Part shown: positions 21,901 through 33,667 of the stretch, piece after piece
Numbering within the stretch: position 1 is the first letter of the stretch
Layout: every line of letters begins with the position of its first letter
Assembly (NCBI GenBank): GCA_043228905.1
Contig: JBHGNT010000022.1
Span: 2,542,001-2,606,000 of the forward strand
DNA from: Azolla caroliniana
Taxonomy: Eukaryota > Plantae > Polypodiophyta
Direction: 5' to 3'
Length of the DNA stretch: 64,000 nt
Program-made: the position numbers and the translations under genes
The notes under the pieces: generated by a model
What the model saw: the letters and a program-made list of their open reading frames with translations, nothing else
What the model was told of the DNA's origin: nothing
The model's database searches: none

Positions 21901-24735
21901 CCGGAGACAAAACGGCGATGATAACACTTCTCACGGAATTTCGCGACGTATTCGCCTGGTCATACGAAGACATGCGAGGACTCAGTTATACCAGCATCAA
22001 GTGCACTTGAGCAAAGACGCAAAACCAGTGGCACAAAGACGGTACCGAATGAATCCCAATTATGCTGCCAAGGTCAAGGAAGAAATCGACAAACTGCTAA
22101 GAGTTGGCTTTATCCGTCCGGTAAAGAAAGCGACATGGCTGAGCCCGATCGTAGTCGTACCGAAGAAGAACGGAAAAATTCGAGTTTGCGTGGACTACCA
22201 GAAACTCAATGCGGCTACGGTAACGGATGCATTTCCACTTCCGTTTATAGATGGAGTGTTGGATGCCATCGCCGGCCATGAGGTCTATAGCTTCCTAGAC
22301 GGATTCAGCGGATATAATCAGATCCGGATGCACCCCAACGACCAAGAGAAAACGGCATTCGTCACCGAATGGGGGGTGTGTGTGGCCGTGGTGATGATGT
22401 TCGGACTCAAAACAGCACCGGCAACGTTTCAAAGAATCATCATGGAAATCTTTGGTGAATATATATTGGCTTTTATGCAGGTTTTCCTTGACGATTTCGC
22501 CGTCTATAGCTGGGAGGAGGACCATTTTCAGCATCTCCGTCTTTGTCTAGAAAAGTGTAGAGCGTACCGGCTAAGCTTGAATCCGGCAAAGTGTGTATTT
22601 GGCGTGTCCAGTGGAACTTTATTAGGACATATCGTAAGCCATGAAGGTATAGCAGTCGACCTGGACAAAGTGAAAGCCATATTAGAAGCACCAGCGCCGG
22701 CAACGGCAAAGGCATTGAGCCGGTTCTTAGGCCAGATCCGGTGGCACAGCCGGATGCTCCGATACTTGGCCGACCTGGCTACACCGTTGCATGCCGCCGT
22801 ACATCGGACACCATTCCAGTGGACCGATACTGAGGATAGGGCGTATAAGGTCCTCAAGGTACTATTATCGCAGGCACCGGTAGTACAACCTCCGGATTGG
22901 AGTAAAGAATTTCACGTGTTCGTGGACGCCTCTGACATCGCAATTGGAAGCGTACTGATGCAGCTTACGGAACCAAAGTGGTACCGGCCAGTGTACTATG
23001 CCAGCCGGAAGCTATCCCAAGCAGAACGGAACTACTCTACTACGGAACGGGAAGCTCTAGGAATGATCTACAGTGTGACAAAGTTTCGGCACTATTTATT
23101 AGGAAGGAAGTTTTCCTTCCATGTAGATCATTCAGCACTCCTTTACCTGGTGTCCAAGGCGTCACTCACCGGCAAATTGGCCTGGTGGACCTTACTGTTA
23201 CAGGAGTTCGAGTTTGAAATATTCCACTGACCCGGTATACAGCATGCCGTAGCATATTACTTAAGCCGATTGGAGTCCGGAGAGACAGGTGACGGAGTAC
23301 CGAATGAGTTTCCGGATGCGGAGCTGTTTCGAGTCACTACGGAGACGGCAGCAGATGAGACAGTAGCCCAGGAAGACAAGTGGCTCACAAATATGCACCA
23401 GTTTCTGAGCACAGGACTGCCTCCGGAAGAGCTGAACCGGGACGAACGGAAACGTCTGGCGGTACAAAGCCGACATTTCTGCTTACTGCAAGACACACTG
23501 TACCACAAGGGAGCTGACGACATATGGAGACGGGAGGTGCGCAGCGATGAAAAGGAACTGATACTGAGGGAAGCCCACTGCGGAGTTGCCGGAGGTCACT
23601 ATGCCGGAGATGCGACAGCTAGAAAAATATGGCAAAGTGGCCTATGGTGGCCAACGACATTAAGAGATGCGGTACGGTACGCAAAAGAATGTGACCTATG
23701 CCAGAGAATGGGCCAGCCAACGGAGCAGGCTCGTATGCCACACCAGCCGGTACTACCACTCGAGCCATTCCAAAAGTGGGGGCTGGACTTTGTAGGACCG
23801 TTCAAGCCACCGGCAATGAGAACGGGTAATCGGTACGTTATCGTTGCTACGGATTACTGCACGAAATGGGTGGAAGCCAAAGCTTTACGGGATAACACCG
23901 CTGCGTCAATGGCAAAGTTTCTATATGAGTACATCTGGTGCCGTTACGGATGCCCCATTGAATTGATAAGTGACCAAGGGGGGCACTTTCTCGGACAAGT
24001 GGTGGAAAGCCTAACGACCTTCTATGCCGTGGTCCACAAACGAAGCACACCTTACTATCCACAGGCGAACGGATTAGCGGAATCAACAAACAAGACGCTC
24101 CAGAACATCCTTCGGAAGATCGTCAACGAGAACCGAACGGATTGGGACACAAAGCTACATAGCGCGCTTTGGGCATACCGGACGGCATACAAAACGAGCA
24201 TCCGAACAACACCGTTCCGGTTGGCGTTCGGACTCGAGGCGGTCATGCCGGTAGAATTTCAAGTACCTAGCTTACGGATTCAGCTACGAGAACGGCTGAA
24301 CGAGAAGGAGTCGGAGACAATAAGGTTGACAGCGCTGTGTGAGCTGGAGGAACAACGGTTGGCTAGCATCCTACATTTAGAATTAGAGCAACGGCGACGG
24401 AAAGCATTCGTCGACCGGCACAGGAAAGGTAACGAAAAAATGTTCGCAATTGGCAAACCAGTGCTAGTATTCCAAACCCGGATGGGCAAGATGCCGGGTA
24501 AACTAAGGTTTAGATGGACTGGACCATATTGGCTAACACGGGAGTATAATGGGTCCTACCAGTTGGGGACACTTGCCGGCGAAGTGCTGGGCAAATGGGT
24601 AAATGGATTCCGGTTAAAGGCATATAGAGGACCGATGCCTAAGAACCCGTTTGAGCAAAGGACCGACGGCAACCACGAAGACGGCAGAGACGGCAAGACG
24701 GTAACCAGAGAGAATGTGGCCGGTAAGGGTCCGGG
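18927..24735 (+). pseudogene. gag-pol of B (one ancestral ORF; last codons at 30495-30518)
   Basis: In-frame stops at ~19056, 20595 and 23228; frameshift at ~21985; zinc knuckle YYCRQEGHYSNQC, protease IDGGS, RT VFLDDF, RNase H, integrase; colinear with A. Confidence 0.92.
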
Positions 24736-25025
24736 TGTCATAACTAGACTCGAACCCATAACCTTTTGTTACACGGGTCGAGACTTTACCATTAGGGTAT
24801 GAATTGTAATTTGAAGGATATTATTTTCATTTAGGTTTTATTGGGAAATTGATGTATATTCCAGATTTCTCTGGAACATTCTAGAAACTTCAGGAGTATT
24901 CCTGAAGACACTATAAAAGGAGGCGCAAGGCATTAGTTCGAACCAAATCGGTTCAACGCCAGTCTTAAGCCTTCTAACTACTGTTGTATATCTTCCGTCA
25001 TATAATACATATATCTTTCGCATCA

Positions 25026-25067
<42 letters not shown>

Positions 25068-25287
25068 TCATTCCTTCTCTCAAAGTTCGACACCTCTCAT
25101 AGTACTAATCCTTCTCTGTCTTAGTACTATACCCCAACAATAGTACTAATCCTTCTTTTAGTACTAATTCCTTCTCTGCCTTAATAGAGTTCCTGACAGT
25201 TTGAACCGATTTCTGTCTACTAGTCTCCCTCTTCCTTCTGTCTCCCTCCTTTCCTACTAGTCTCTTATTTCCCTTTTCCTTCATCCC

Positions 25288-26457
25288 ATGGCCACCGTTA
25301 GCGCTGAAGAGTATCAATCCGTTTTCTCGGAATTTCAATGCTTGAAAGAGAAGTTTCATGCTTTGGAACAAGAAAATCAACGCTTGTTGGGGGATCTTCA
25401 GCAAATTTCCTTAGAAAAGCAGCAAACGCAACAACAGCATGGGGAACTTGCGTTACGTGTGCAACAACTCGAAGCAACCATCGTAGCAATGCAACAACAA
25501 GGGCACGGAGCACAAGGGATTCATAAAGAACCCAAGATTGGCCTTCCCACGAAGTTCGATGGAACGCGATCGCAGTTTAGAGGGTTCCTTAACCAGGTAC
25601 GGTTAGTTATTCAAATGCATCCGTCCCGATATCCCACCGATGCATCACGAGTGGGTTTAGTAGGCACGTTGTTAAATGGCTCAGCATTAGCATGGTTCGC
25701 TCCGCTACTAGAAAAGGAATCTCCAGTACTAAATAATTTTGAAGAATTCATAAGTGAGTTTAAAGCATGTTTTGGAGATACTGACAGCATAAGGACTGCA
25801 ATCAACAAAATCCGGCGATTACGCCAAGGTGACCGTCCAGCCTCCGCATATGCTGCAGATTTCCGCCTACTCGCCGCCGATATCCCCTGGGATGATCAAG
25901 CATTGATGGAGCAGTTCCGCTATGGTCTACGCAACGATGTCAAGGATTTACTCTTGACTTTCCCTGAAGAGCCAAAATCATTAACAGAAGCAATCAGTCG
26001 AGCGGTCAGATGTGACAACCGCCTCTTCGAGCGACGTTCGGAACGACAATTTCAGATGCCGAGGGCAAGATCCGAGCCTACCTATGCCTCAGTGGTAGCG
26101 AAACCTTTTCAAAGGGAGTCACATAATGCGCCTCCAGTAAGTACTCCAACTCCAATGGAAATTGACACTACACGTCGTCGTGGGCCGCTATCGGAGGAGG
26201 AAAAGCAACGACGCCGAACAAACCGATTATGCCTTTATTGCGGTGGACCAGGGCATATCGCGATAAACTGTCCCCATAGACCAAGAAGGCAGGTAAACCA
26301 AGTCATTGTTAGTTCTGACTATACTAAACCCGAGTCTATTTCAGTAGGAATCTCTGATAATCCTCATAGTCATAATAGTCCTAATAGTACTAATAGTCTG
26401 AATCTCGCAAACAAATTTGATGTCCTTAGCCAATTAGAAGAAGAGTTAAACGACTAA
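25288..26457 (+). CDS. Gag of F
   Basis: PTKFDGTRSQFRGFL, LRQG..YAADF, PMEID, CLYCGGPGHIAINC zinc knuckle. Confidence 0.95.
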   Translation: MATVSAEEYQSVFSEFQCLKEKFHALEQENQRLLGDLQQISLEKQQTQQQHGELALRVQQLEATIVAMQQQGHGAQGIHKEPKIGLPTKFDGTRSQFRGFLNQVRLVIQMHPSRYPTDASRVGLVGTLLNGSALAWFAPLLEKESPVLNNFEEFISEFKACFGDTDSIRTAINKIRRLRQGDRPASAYAADFRLLAADIPWDDQALMEQFRYGLRNDVKDLLLTFPEEPKSLTEAISRAVRCDNRLFERRSERQFQMPRARSEPTYASVVAKPFQRESHNAPPVSTPTPMEIDTTRRRGPLSEEEKQRRRTNRLCLYCGGPGHIAINCPHRPRRQVNQVIVSSDYTKPESISVGISDNPHSHNSPNSTNSLNLANKFDVLSQLEEELND

Positions 26458-29400
26458 GTCCAGCCAAAATAGGAGCCGTTTGGTTGGACAGCCCTAGATC
26501 TGTGCAGCCCATTAGTGGTTCCATTCCCTCTAAGCAAGTTAGTGATGTGTTCGTAGCCCAAGTAGCAGTTAGTACTAAAAGTACCCCTCCAGTACATACC
26601 TTAGCCCTTCTAGATTCCGGAGCTAATTCTTGCTTCATGGATAGGAATTTTGCCCGAGCTCATCAGATATCTCTCAGAAAGCTCCCATGTCCAGCCTCAG
26701 TAATAGTCATTGATGGTCGTCCCATTGCTTCTGGTAATATCATAGAAGAGTCGGAACCCGTTAATATTGTCCTAGATAACTTAACATGTGTAGTATCATT
26801 TAATATTATTAGTATTCCAAAACATCCCATAGTTTTAGGATTACCATGGTTCGAGTTACATGACCCAGACATAGATTGGAGGACAAGGGAAATCCGGTTG
26901 CGACAAACCCAAGGATCTACCCAGAAGGTTGCAACCATTTCGCTACGTCAGTTGCGTGAGGAAGGGCGCAAGGAGGAAATGTTTCTCTTTGCAATATCAG
27001 TACAACCCTCCAGCACCACCAAAGAGGAGTCCACCGTTCAACTTCCCGAGAAGTATCGTCAGTATGCTGATGTGTTCGATAAAGTACAAGCCAACACACT
27101 TCCTCATCATCGGCCGTACGACTGCGCCATCGACTTACAACCGGGAAAAGAGCCGCCATGGGGGCCGATCTACAATTTGTCACCAACCGAGCTAGAAGTC
27201 CTTCGAGCCTATATAGAGGAGAATTTGGAGAACGGTTTCATTCGGCATTCGAAATCTCCAGCCGGCGCACCCATTTTCTTCTTCAAGAAAAAAGATGGCT
27301 CGCTTCGACTCGTTGTAGATTACCGTGGCTTGAATAAGGTCACAGTAAGAAATAGGTATGCTCTTCCCCTTATCTCAAGTCTTTTAGAACGGATCAACGG
27401 TGCCAGGTTCTTCACGAAGATAGACTTACGAGGAGCCTATAACCTCGTACGGATCCGACCAGGAGATGAATGGAAGACCGCGTTTCGCACCAGATATGGG
27501 CACTTCGAGTATACGGTCATGCCGTTCGGACTCACTAATGCGCCGGCAGTCTTCCAGCACATGGCGAATGATATATTTCGAGATCTCTTGGATGATTTTT
27601 TGATCATCTATTTGGATGATCTACTGGTTTATTCAAAGACCCAAGAAGAACATGATTCTCATGTACTATTAGTACTAAAACGACTTCGAGAACATGGTCT
27701 GTATGCAAAGTTAGAGAAATGTAGTTTCGGGTGCAACCAAGTGGAGTTTCTCGGCTATGTCATCTCCTCAGAAGGCATATCTATGGACCCAGCCAAGGTC
27801 AAAACGGTGATAGAATGGCACACTCCGCGTTCGGTGCGGGATGTGCAATGCTTCCTAGGCTTTGCAAATTTCTACCGGAAGTTCATACAAAATTACTCAA
27901 AAATTGTGCTGCCTCTCACACAGCTCACCAGGAAGGGACAATCATTCATTTGGTCTAAAGAGACGGACATGGCTTTCGAGAGTCTTAAGAAGGCATTTAC
28001 ATCAGCTCCAATTTTAGGTCATGTGGATCCGGAAAAACCATTCATTATCGAAGCTGATGCATCGGATTTCGCATTGGGGAGCATTCTGTCACAACAGGGT
28101 AACGACGAGAAGCTACATCCTGTGGCTTTCCACTCCCGTAAGTTTGACGCCGCCGAAATCAACTACGAAATTCATGATAAAGAGCTATTAGCAATAGTTG
28201 ATTCTTTTATGCAATGGAGGCATTTCCTGGAGGGATCTCCTCATCAGGTCACTGTATTCAGTGACCACAAGAACCTTGCCTACTTTCAAGATGCTCGTGT
28301 ACTGAATCGACGTCAAGCTCGGTGGGCCCACTTCCTCACACGCTTCGACTTCAAAATTACATATCGTCCGGGGAAGCACCAAGGGAAGGCAGATGCATTA
28401 TCACGGCGTTCGTATCTAACACCACGTCCCGGTGAGCCAGCTTTCGATAACCAGAAGCAAGTAATCTTGGGTCCAGCACGACTGCAAGCAGCACAGGTCT
28501 TTGACATGCCCGTGGATTCCGACATTACCAATACTATACGTGAGGACTTGAAGACTGACGCTTTCGCCCAAGCTATACTAGCACAAATTGACCCCTCTCG
28601 AGCGTCATGTTCACAATCACAATCACCAGGTACGGATTATCGGCAATTCAAATACTGTGATGGATTACTCTTCTTTAAAGAACTTTTGTATGTTCCTAAT
28701 GGTTCTTGCCGCCTTCGAGTAGTACAAAACTGCCATGAAACATATACAGCAGGACATTTTGGTAGTACTAAAACATTAGATTTAGTACAACGATCATTCT
28801 GGTGGCCCCGTATGCGACAATTTGTCGAAGATTTTGTTCGGACTTGCGATACATGCTGCAGAGCGAAAATGCCAAGACATCATCCATATGGTTTATTAGA
28901 ACCATTACCAATTCCGAGCAAGCCATGGCAATCCATTGCTCTTGACTTCATTACAGATCTTCCGGTCTCTAAGGGATTCAGTGCGATTCTCACAGTGGTG
29001 GATCGATATACGAAGATGGCTCATTTCTTACCATGTACTAAAGAAATATCTAGTGAAGACACCGCCGAAATTGTCATGCGGGAAGTATGTCGGCATCATG
29101 GACTCCCTGATAATATCATCAGCGATCGTGGACCCCAGTTTGTGTCAAAATTCTGGAAGCACCTTTTTAAAATGCTGAAGGTCACTTGTAACCTCTCCTC
29201 CGGCTACCACCCACAAACCGACGGTCAAGCCGAACGAACAAATCAAACACTGGAGCAGTATCTGCGGTGCTTTCTCAACTATCATCAGAATGACTGGGCA
29301 GATATTCTTCAGTTCGCCGAATTTGCCTATAATAACGCTATCCACGCATCGACTAAAGTCACGCCATTCTACGCTTATACGGGATATCATCCCCGGTGGT

Positions 29401-30041
29401 GTGTCCTTGAAACCCCAGAAGTGTCCACAAATCCTTGCGCGGAGGATCGTTTGGAGCGGTTACGCAAGATACAAGCGGATTTATCTACTCAACTCCAGCA
29501 AGCTCAACAATCACACAAGGACTACGCAGATCGTCATCGACTTCCATCCAGTTTTAACATTGGAGATCGGGTGTGGCTGCTACGACGACACATCAAGACT
29601 ACTCGCCCATGTGAGAAGTTGGATTATCGGCGATTAGGTCCTTTCCGTATTATCGGGAAGATTAATGATGTCGCTTTTCGTCTCGAGCTACCTCCGCAAC
29701 TTCGGATACACCCGGTGTTTCATAGTTCTCTCCTCGAACCCTATCACGAGAGCACTATCCCAGGACGTACTATACAACCTCCACCTCCTATCGAGCTCGA
29801 AGATGGACCTGAGTATGAGGTCGCTGCCATCCTCGATTCCAAGATTGTTCGCAACAAGCTCTACTATCTAGTCGATTGGCTAGGATATAGTCCCAGCGAG
29901 CGTACTTGGGAACCGATCGAGAATGTGACCAATGCTCGTGCTCTTCTAGAAGACTTCCATCGACGATATCCCGAGAAACCGGGTCCTCAATCCAAAACGA
30001 CTCGTGAAACTCGTCGTTTTAAAGGGGGGATAGTGTCATAA
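26451..30041 (+). CDS. Pol of F (PR-RT-RH-IN-chromodomain), -1 frame relative to gag; start given at the putative frameshift site
   Basis: LLDSGA, YLDD, ADASD, H..H..C..C, DFITDLP, SDRG, QTDGQAE, GPF, YEVAAIL..YLVDWLGY..TWEP; no stops. Confidence 0.95.
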   Translation, partial: RLSPAKIGAVWLDSPRSVQPISGSIPSKQVSDVFVAQVAVSTKSTPPVHTLALLDSGANSCFMDRNFARAHQISLRKLPCPASVIVIDGRPIASGNIIEESEPVNIVLDNLTCVVSFNIISIPKHPIVLGLPWFELHDPDIDWRTREIRLRQTQGSTQKVATISLRQLREEGRKEEMFLFAISVQPSSTTKEESTVQLPEKYRQYADVFDKVQANTLPHHRPYDCAIDLQPGKEPPWGPIYNLSPTELEVLRAYIEENLENGFIRHSKSPAGAPIFFFKKKDGSLRLVVDYRGLNKVTVRNRYALPLISSLLERINGARFFTKIDLRGAYNLVRIRPGDEWKTAFRTRYGHFEYTVMPFGLTNAPAVFQHMANDIFRDLLDDFLIIYLDDLLVYSKTQEEHDSHVLLVLKRLREHGLYAKLEKCSFGCNQVEFLGYVISSEGISMDPAKVKTVIEWHTPRSVRDVQCFLGFANFYRKFIQNYSKIVLPLTQLTRKGQSFIWSKETDMAFESLKKAFTSAPILGHVDPEKPFIIEADASDFALGSILSQQGNDEKLHPVAFHSRKFDAAEINYEIHDKELLAIVDSFMQWRHFLEGSPHQVTVFSDHKNLAYFQDARVLNRRQARWAHFLTRFDFKITYRPGKHQGKADALSRRSYLTPRPGEPAFDNQKQVILGPARLQAAQVFDMPVDSDITNTIREDLKTDAFAQAILAQIDPSRASCSQSQSPGTDYRQFKYCDGLLFFKELLYVPNGSCRLRVVQNCHETYTAGHFGSTKTLDLVQRSFWWPRMRQFVEDFVRTCDTCCRAKMPRHHPYGLLEPLPIPSKPWQSIALDFITDLPVSKGFSAILTVVDRYTKMAHFLPCTKEISSEDTAEIVMREVCRHHGLPDNIISDRGPQFVSKFWKHLFKMLKVTCNLSSGYHPQTDGQAERTNQTLEQYLRCFLNYHQNDWADILQFAEFAYNNAIHASTKVTPFYAYTGYHPRWCVLETPEVSTNPCAEDRLERLRKIQADLSTQLQQAQQSHKDYADRHRLPSSFNIGDRVWLLRRHIKTTRPCEKLDYRRLGPFRIIGKINDVAFRLELPPQLRIHPVFHSSLLEPYHESTIPGRTIQPPPPIELEDGPEYEVAAILDSKIVRNKLYYLVDWLGYSPSERTWEPIENVTNARALLEDFHRRYPEKPGPQSKTTRETRRFKGGIVS

Positions 30042-30323
30042 CTAGACTCGAACCCATAACCTTTTGTTACACGGGTCGAGACTTTACCATTAGGGTATGA
30101 ATTGTAATTTGAAGGATATTATTTTCATTTAGGTTTTATTGGGAAATTGATGTATATTCCAGATTTCTCTGGAACATTCTAGAAACTTCAGGAGTATTCC
30201 TGAAGACACTATAAAAGGAGGCGCAAGGCATTAGTTCGAACCAAATCGGTTCAACGCCAGTCTTAAGCCTTCTAACTACTGTTGTATATCTTCCGTCATA
30301 TAATACATATATCTTTCGCATCA

Positions 30324-30365
<42 letters not shown>

Positions 30366-30662
30366 ATTCCTTCTCTCAAAGTTCGACACCTCTCATAGTA
30401 CTAATCCTTCTCTGTCTTAGTACTATACCCCAACAATAGTACTAATCCTTCTTTTAGTACTAATTCCTTCTCTGCCTTAATAGAGTTCCTGACACCGGGA
30501 GGACCAACGGACATGTGACGTCACACTAATAAGAATAATAACTAAAAAAAAACAATCATGCAAAAGCGAGGAATGAATGGATGAAAGAGCGTGGAGCGAA
30601 AAGGTACGTAGTGGGCATTTAAAGCGCCACCACAGGACATAATGCTATTTTAAGTACGCGAA

Positions 30663-33600
30663 ATGCACAAACTCGAAAAAGGCGCCAGAATGCACAAACA
30701 AAAACCATTGCGCGTAGAGACCCTCTATTTTCGCGAACCCAGGAGCACAGAAGCACCGAAACGCTGCAAGATTATCAGAAGAGAACCTGCGCACAGAGAA
30801 CCCCCGCCTTCTGAACTCTCTCTTTCTCAACCCCGCTCTCATCACCATCCATCCTCGCCACCGCAGTCCGACCCCGACACAAAAATGGACCCGCAAACGA
30901 TGTCGGAAGCCGCCAAGACATGGCTGAAGCAACACGGGCTCGAGGGTTTCCTGATGATGATGGAAGTACCGCCACACAAAGAAGCCGACAAAGTGATCAA
31001 GGAAATCGATACAGAGTCATAACGGCAGAGGCGATTCGAGCGTTAACAGGCCTTCCGGAGGGAGGCATACTCACGATCGACAATCCAACCCCAGAGCAAC
31101 TCATCAGGTATTTTGGTGAATACTCTCTAGCCAGCAAGGGCTACCGGACACAGGGCGGCGGAGATATGCTATTCCGCGAAATTGCTCGTGTGCTCCATGA
31201 ATACGGCCACGTATACCCTAGACCCCCTGTCATGCCGCAGAACCGGGCAGGGATGATCATTGCCACCTATGAAGGGATCAAGGTGGATTGGCCGGTATTG
31301 ATTGCAGACGGGTTCTGTGCGGCGATCGAGATCGTCAGAGGCAAAGACGGCAAAGAAGGCCGAGACGGACGAAGGATATGCCATGTCGTAACGCAGTGGC
31401 TCACCCCGTTGGTGCCACCCGTTCAGACCATCCAGCCCAAGAAGCGAGGAAGAGTGCCGGACGGCACCCCAAGGACAGCTTCCAAACGGCAGCAGTTGTT
31501 GGCCTCTAAGGCCAGTAAGGGAAAGGCGGTGGATGCAGACCAGGCGGCAGCAGGAAGTGGCAGCCGGAAGCGCCCAACGGAGGCGCAGGAGGAACCACCG
31601 GCACGACCCGTAAAGGTCACACTCCGCTGACTGGTGAATCAAGCAGTGGACCCCTTGGCGGCAAAACTCAATGCCGGAGCTCAGGAGGAGGAAATAGAGG
31701 AGGAGCCTATGGAGCACCTCCAGCGACGGTCGTCGGCAAGGACCGTTGAGACAACCGGGAAACGTTCGGACCCTCAGACGGAGGGAACACCGGCTCCCCA
31801 TACTGAGACTCCTACGCCAAAGAAGGAACCGGAACCGGTGCAGAAGGAACCAGAAATAGAAGCCCCGGCACCACTGGCAACACCGGCAAGTCCCATTCCG
31901 CCAGAGCCGAAAAGGTCACTGCACCCTCCCTCGGTCAGCCAAGAAGAAGCGCAAGGGGACCAAGGACAGCAGGATGGTCCACGGGCAGAAACGGAACTGC
32001 AACTCAGCGCAACCAGGCGGGACCACCCCTCTACAAGTGAGCCCATCTATCAAACCTCCGTGCAAGCACAACAAGGCACCGGTAGCCTGTGGCTCCGGTG
32101 GATAGGCGAACAGATAGCCGGAGCAGTGGGGTATATAGAGGCGGAAGAAAGAGCGCAAAGCGAACGGTTGCTCGTCACAACCGAACAACTAGAGACGGCC
32201 CGGTCCAGAATCCGGTGCCTTGAAAAAGATTTGGATCAGGTCACGACGGAGATGGCTAAAATACGGATCCAATCACCGGTGACTCCCATAAGTGTACAGA
32301 ATAATGAAACGGAACGACCTGTACATAGGAATAAGACCCCGGCAACGGAAACCGTTCCGGCGAGAGATGCGGCGCAAGCTCGGGAGCTTGCGGAATTGAG
32401 AGAGGAACTTGCCGCACAAGAAGCGCTAAGGAGCCGTGAACGAGAATTGAAGACGGCGGCCGAAGCCGAATTAAAGAAGACTACTGAGAACCTCCGCCGG
32501 GCAGAGGAGAGCCTCCGGAAAGGCCATCAAGCGTACGACCGGCTAAAGGAGGAGAAAGACAAAGTGCTAGAGGAAAAGGACAAGCTGCGGAAAACGGCGG
32601 AAACAGAGATAGAACGGCTAAAGGAAGAGCTCCGCCAGCAGAAGGACCGCGAGGACCGGGCCCATCGTCAGATCAACGCACGGCTCAAGCAAAAGACGGA
32701 TGATTTTGAGCACCTGCACCGGGACTACAAACGGCTGGAAATAGAGCATAAAGAACGGATGGCTGAGCTCCAGCAGGCAGTTGATCGGGCCGCAACGGCG
32801 ATCGCCGACGAACGGGCGGAAAATACAAGACGCTTGGAAGAGGTGGAGAAGGTCCGGATGGAGCTCCAGAAGCAGCAGCAGGAAGACAAAGAGAGAGCGT
32901 CTACAGTATTGCAGAAATTACAAAGTACATATCAAAGGCAACTGACGCATTACAAGGCACAGGCGGAGGACAACGTAAAAATCATCAAACAACTGAAGGA
33001 GAAACGACAAGCGGCAGAAACCAAATCGCAATTGGGAACAAGCCGGATTCAGTCCATCCTCCGGGCATGGCTGAATCAGACGAAGCACTTGATTGATGAA
33101 AGCTCCGTAAAATGGTGGACAAAGTGGGCACAAAACGCGGCGGAACTCCAGTTGCTACGGGCGGATGTGGCAAACCGGCGGAAGGAAGGAGATGACTGTT
33201 ATACGCTGACTTCCGAGGACTTCACCGCCATACGGGACGAGCTGGCCGACGACTTCCAAGTCCTGGCAGATGAACAGTTGGCGCAGGTCAGACAGCTCGT
33301 AGCTCAGTTGGACGATGATAGGCTGGACGCTCAAATCCAGTTTGAAAGCTACGAGCGGTCCCGGGTACGGGAAGAAAAAGCACAAGAAGTGACAACGGTT
33401 AACCTTAGTGATGAGGAACCGTCATCGGCTGAGGGCTAGCCGGGAACCAGTCAACCGGAGACCACCACGACGCAGGTAGCAATGACGGAGACGCCGGTGT
33501 CAGAGCCACAAACGGAGGAGCAGCCGCAGCAACCACCAACGGACCCGCCGCAGCAGACAGCAACAGAGCAGCAACAACAACAACAACAACAACAACAACA

Positions 33601-33667
33601 ACCACTTCAAGATGAACCATTGGAGCCTCTCGAACAGAGCATTCTGGACATTTTGGACGAAGAATAG
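30663..33667 (+). pseudogene. Extra ORF of B
   Basis: Homologous to A's extra ORF (MDPQ at 30885); 1-bp frameshift ~31015, stops at 31628 and 33437; poly-Q near the end. Confidence 0.88.

Larger units (their letters stand above)
24736..30494 (+). mobile_element. Element F: apparently intact Tcn1-like chromovirus (Ty3/Gypsy)
   Basis: LTRs 24736-25198 and 30034-30494, differing only at the (CT)n tract by eye; TSD CCGGG; PPT AAAGGGGGGA 30021-30030; self-priming PBS. Confidence 0.96.

Noticed and set aside
24838-25083. RERERE-type ORFs (also at 30136, 45688 and 51221)
   Set aside because: They are translations of (CT)n microsatellites within LTRs
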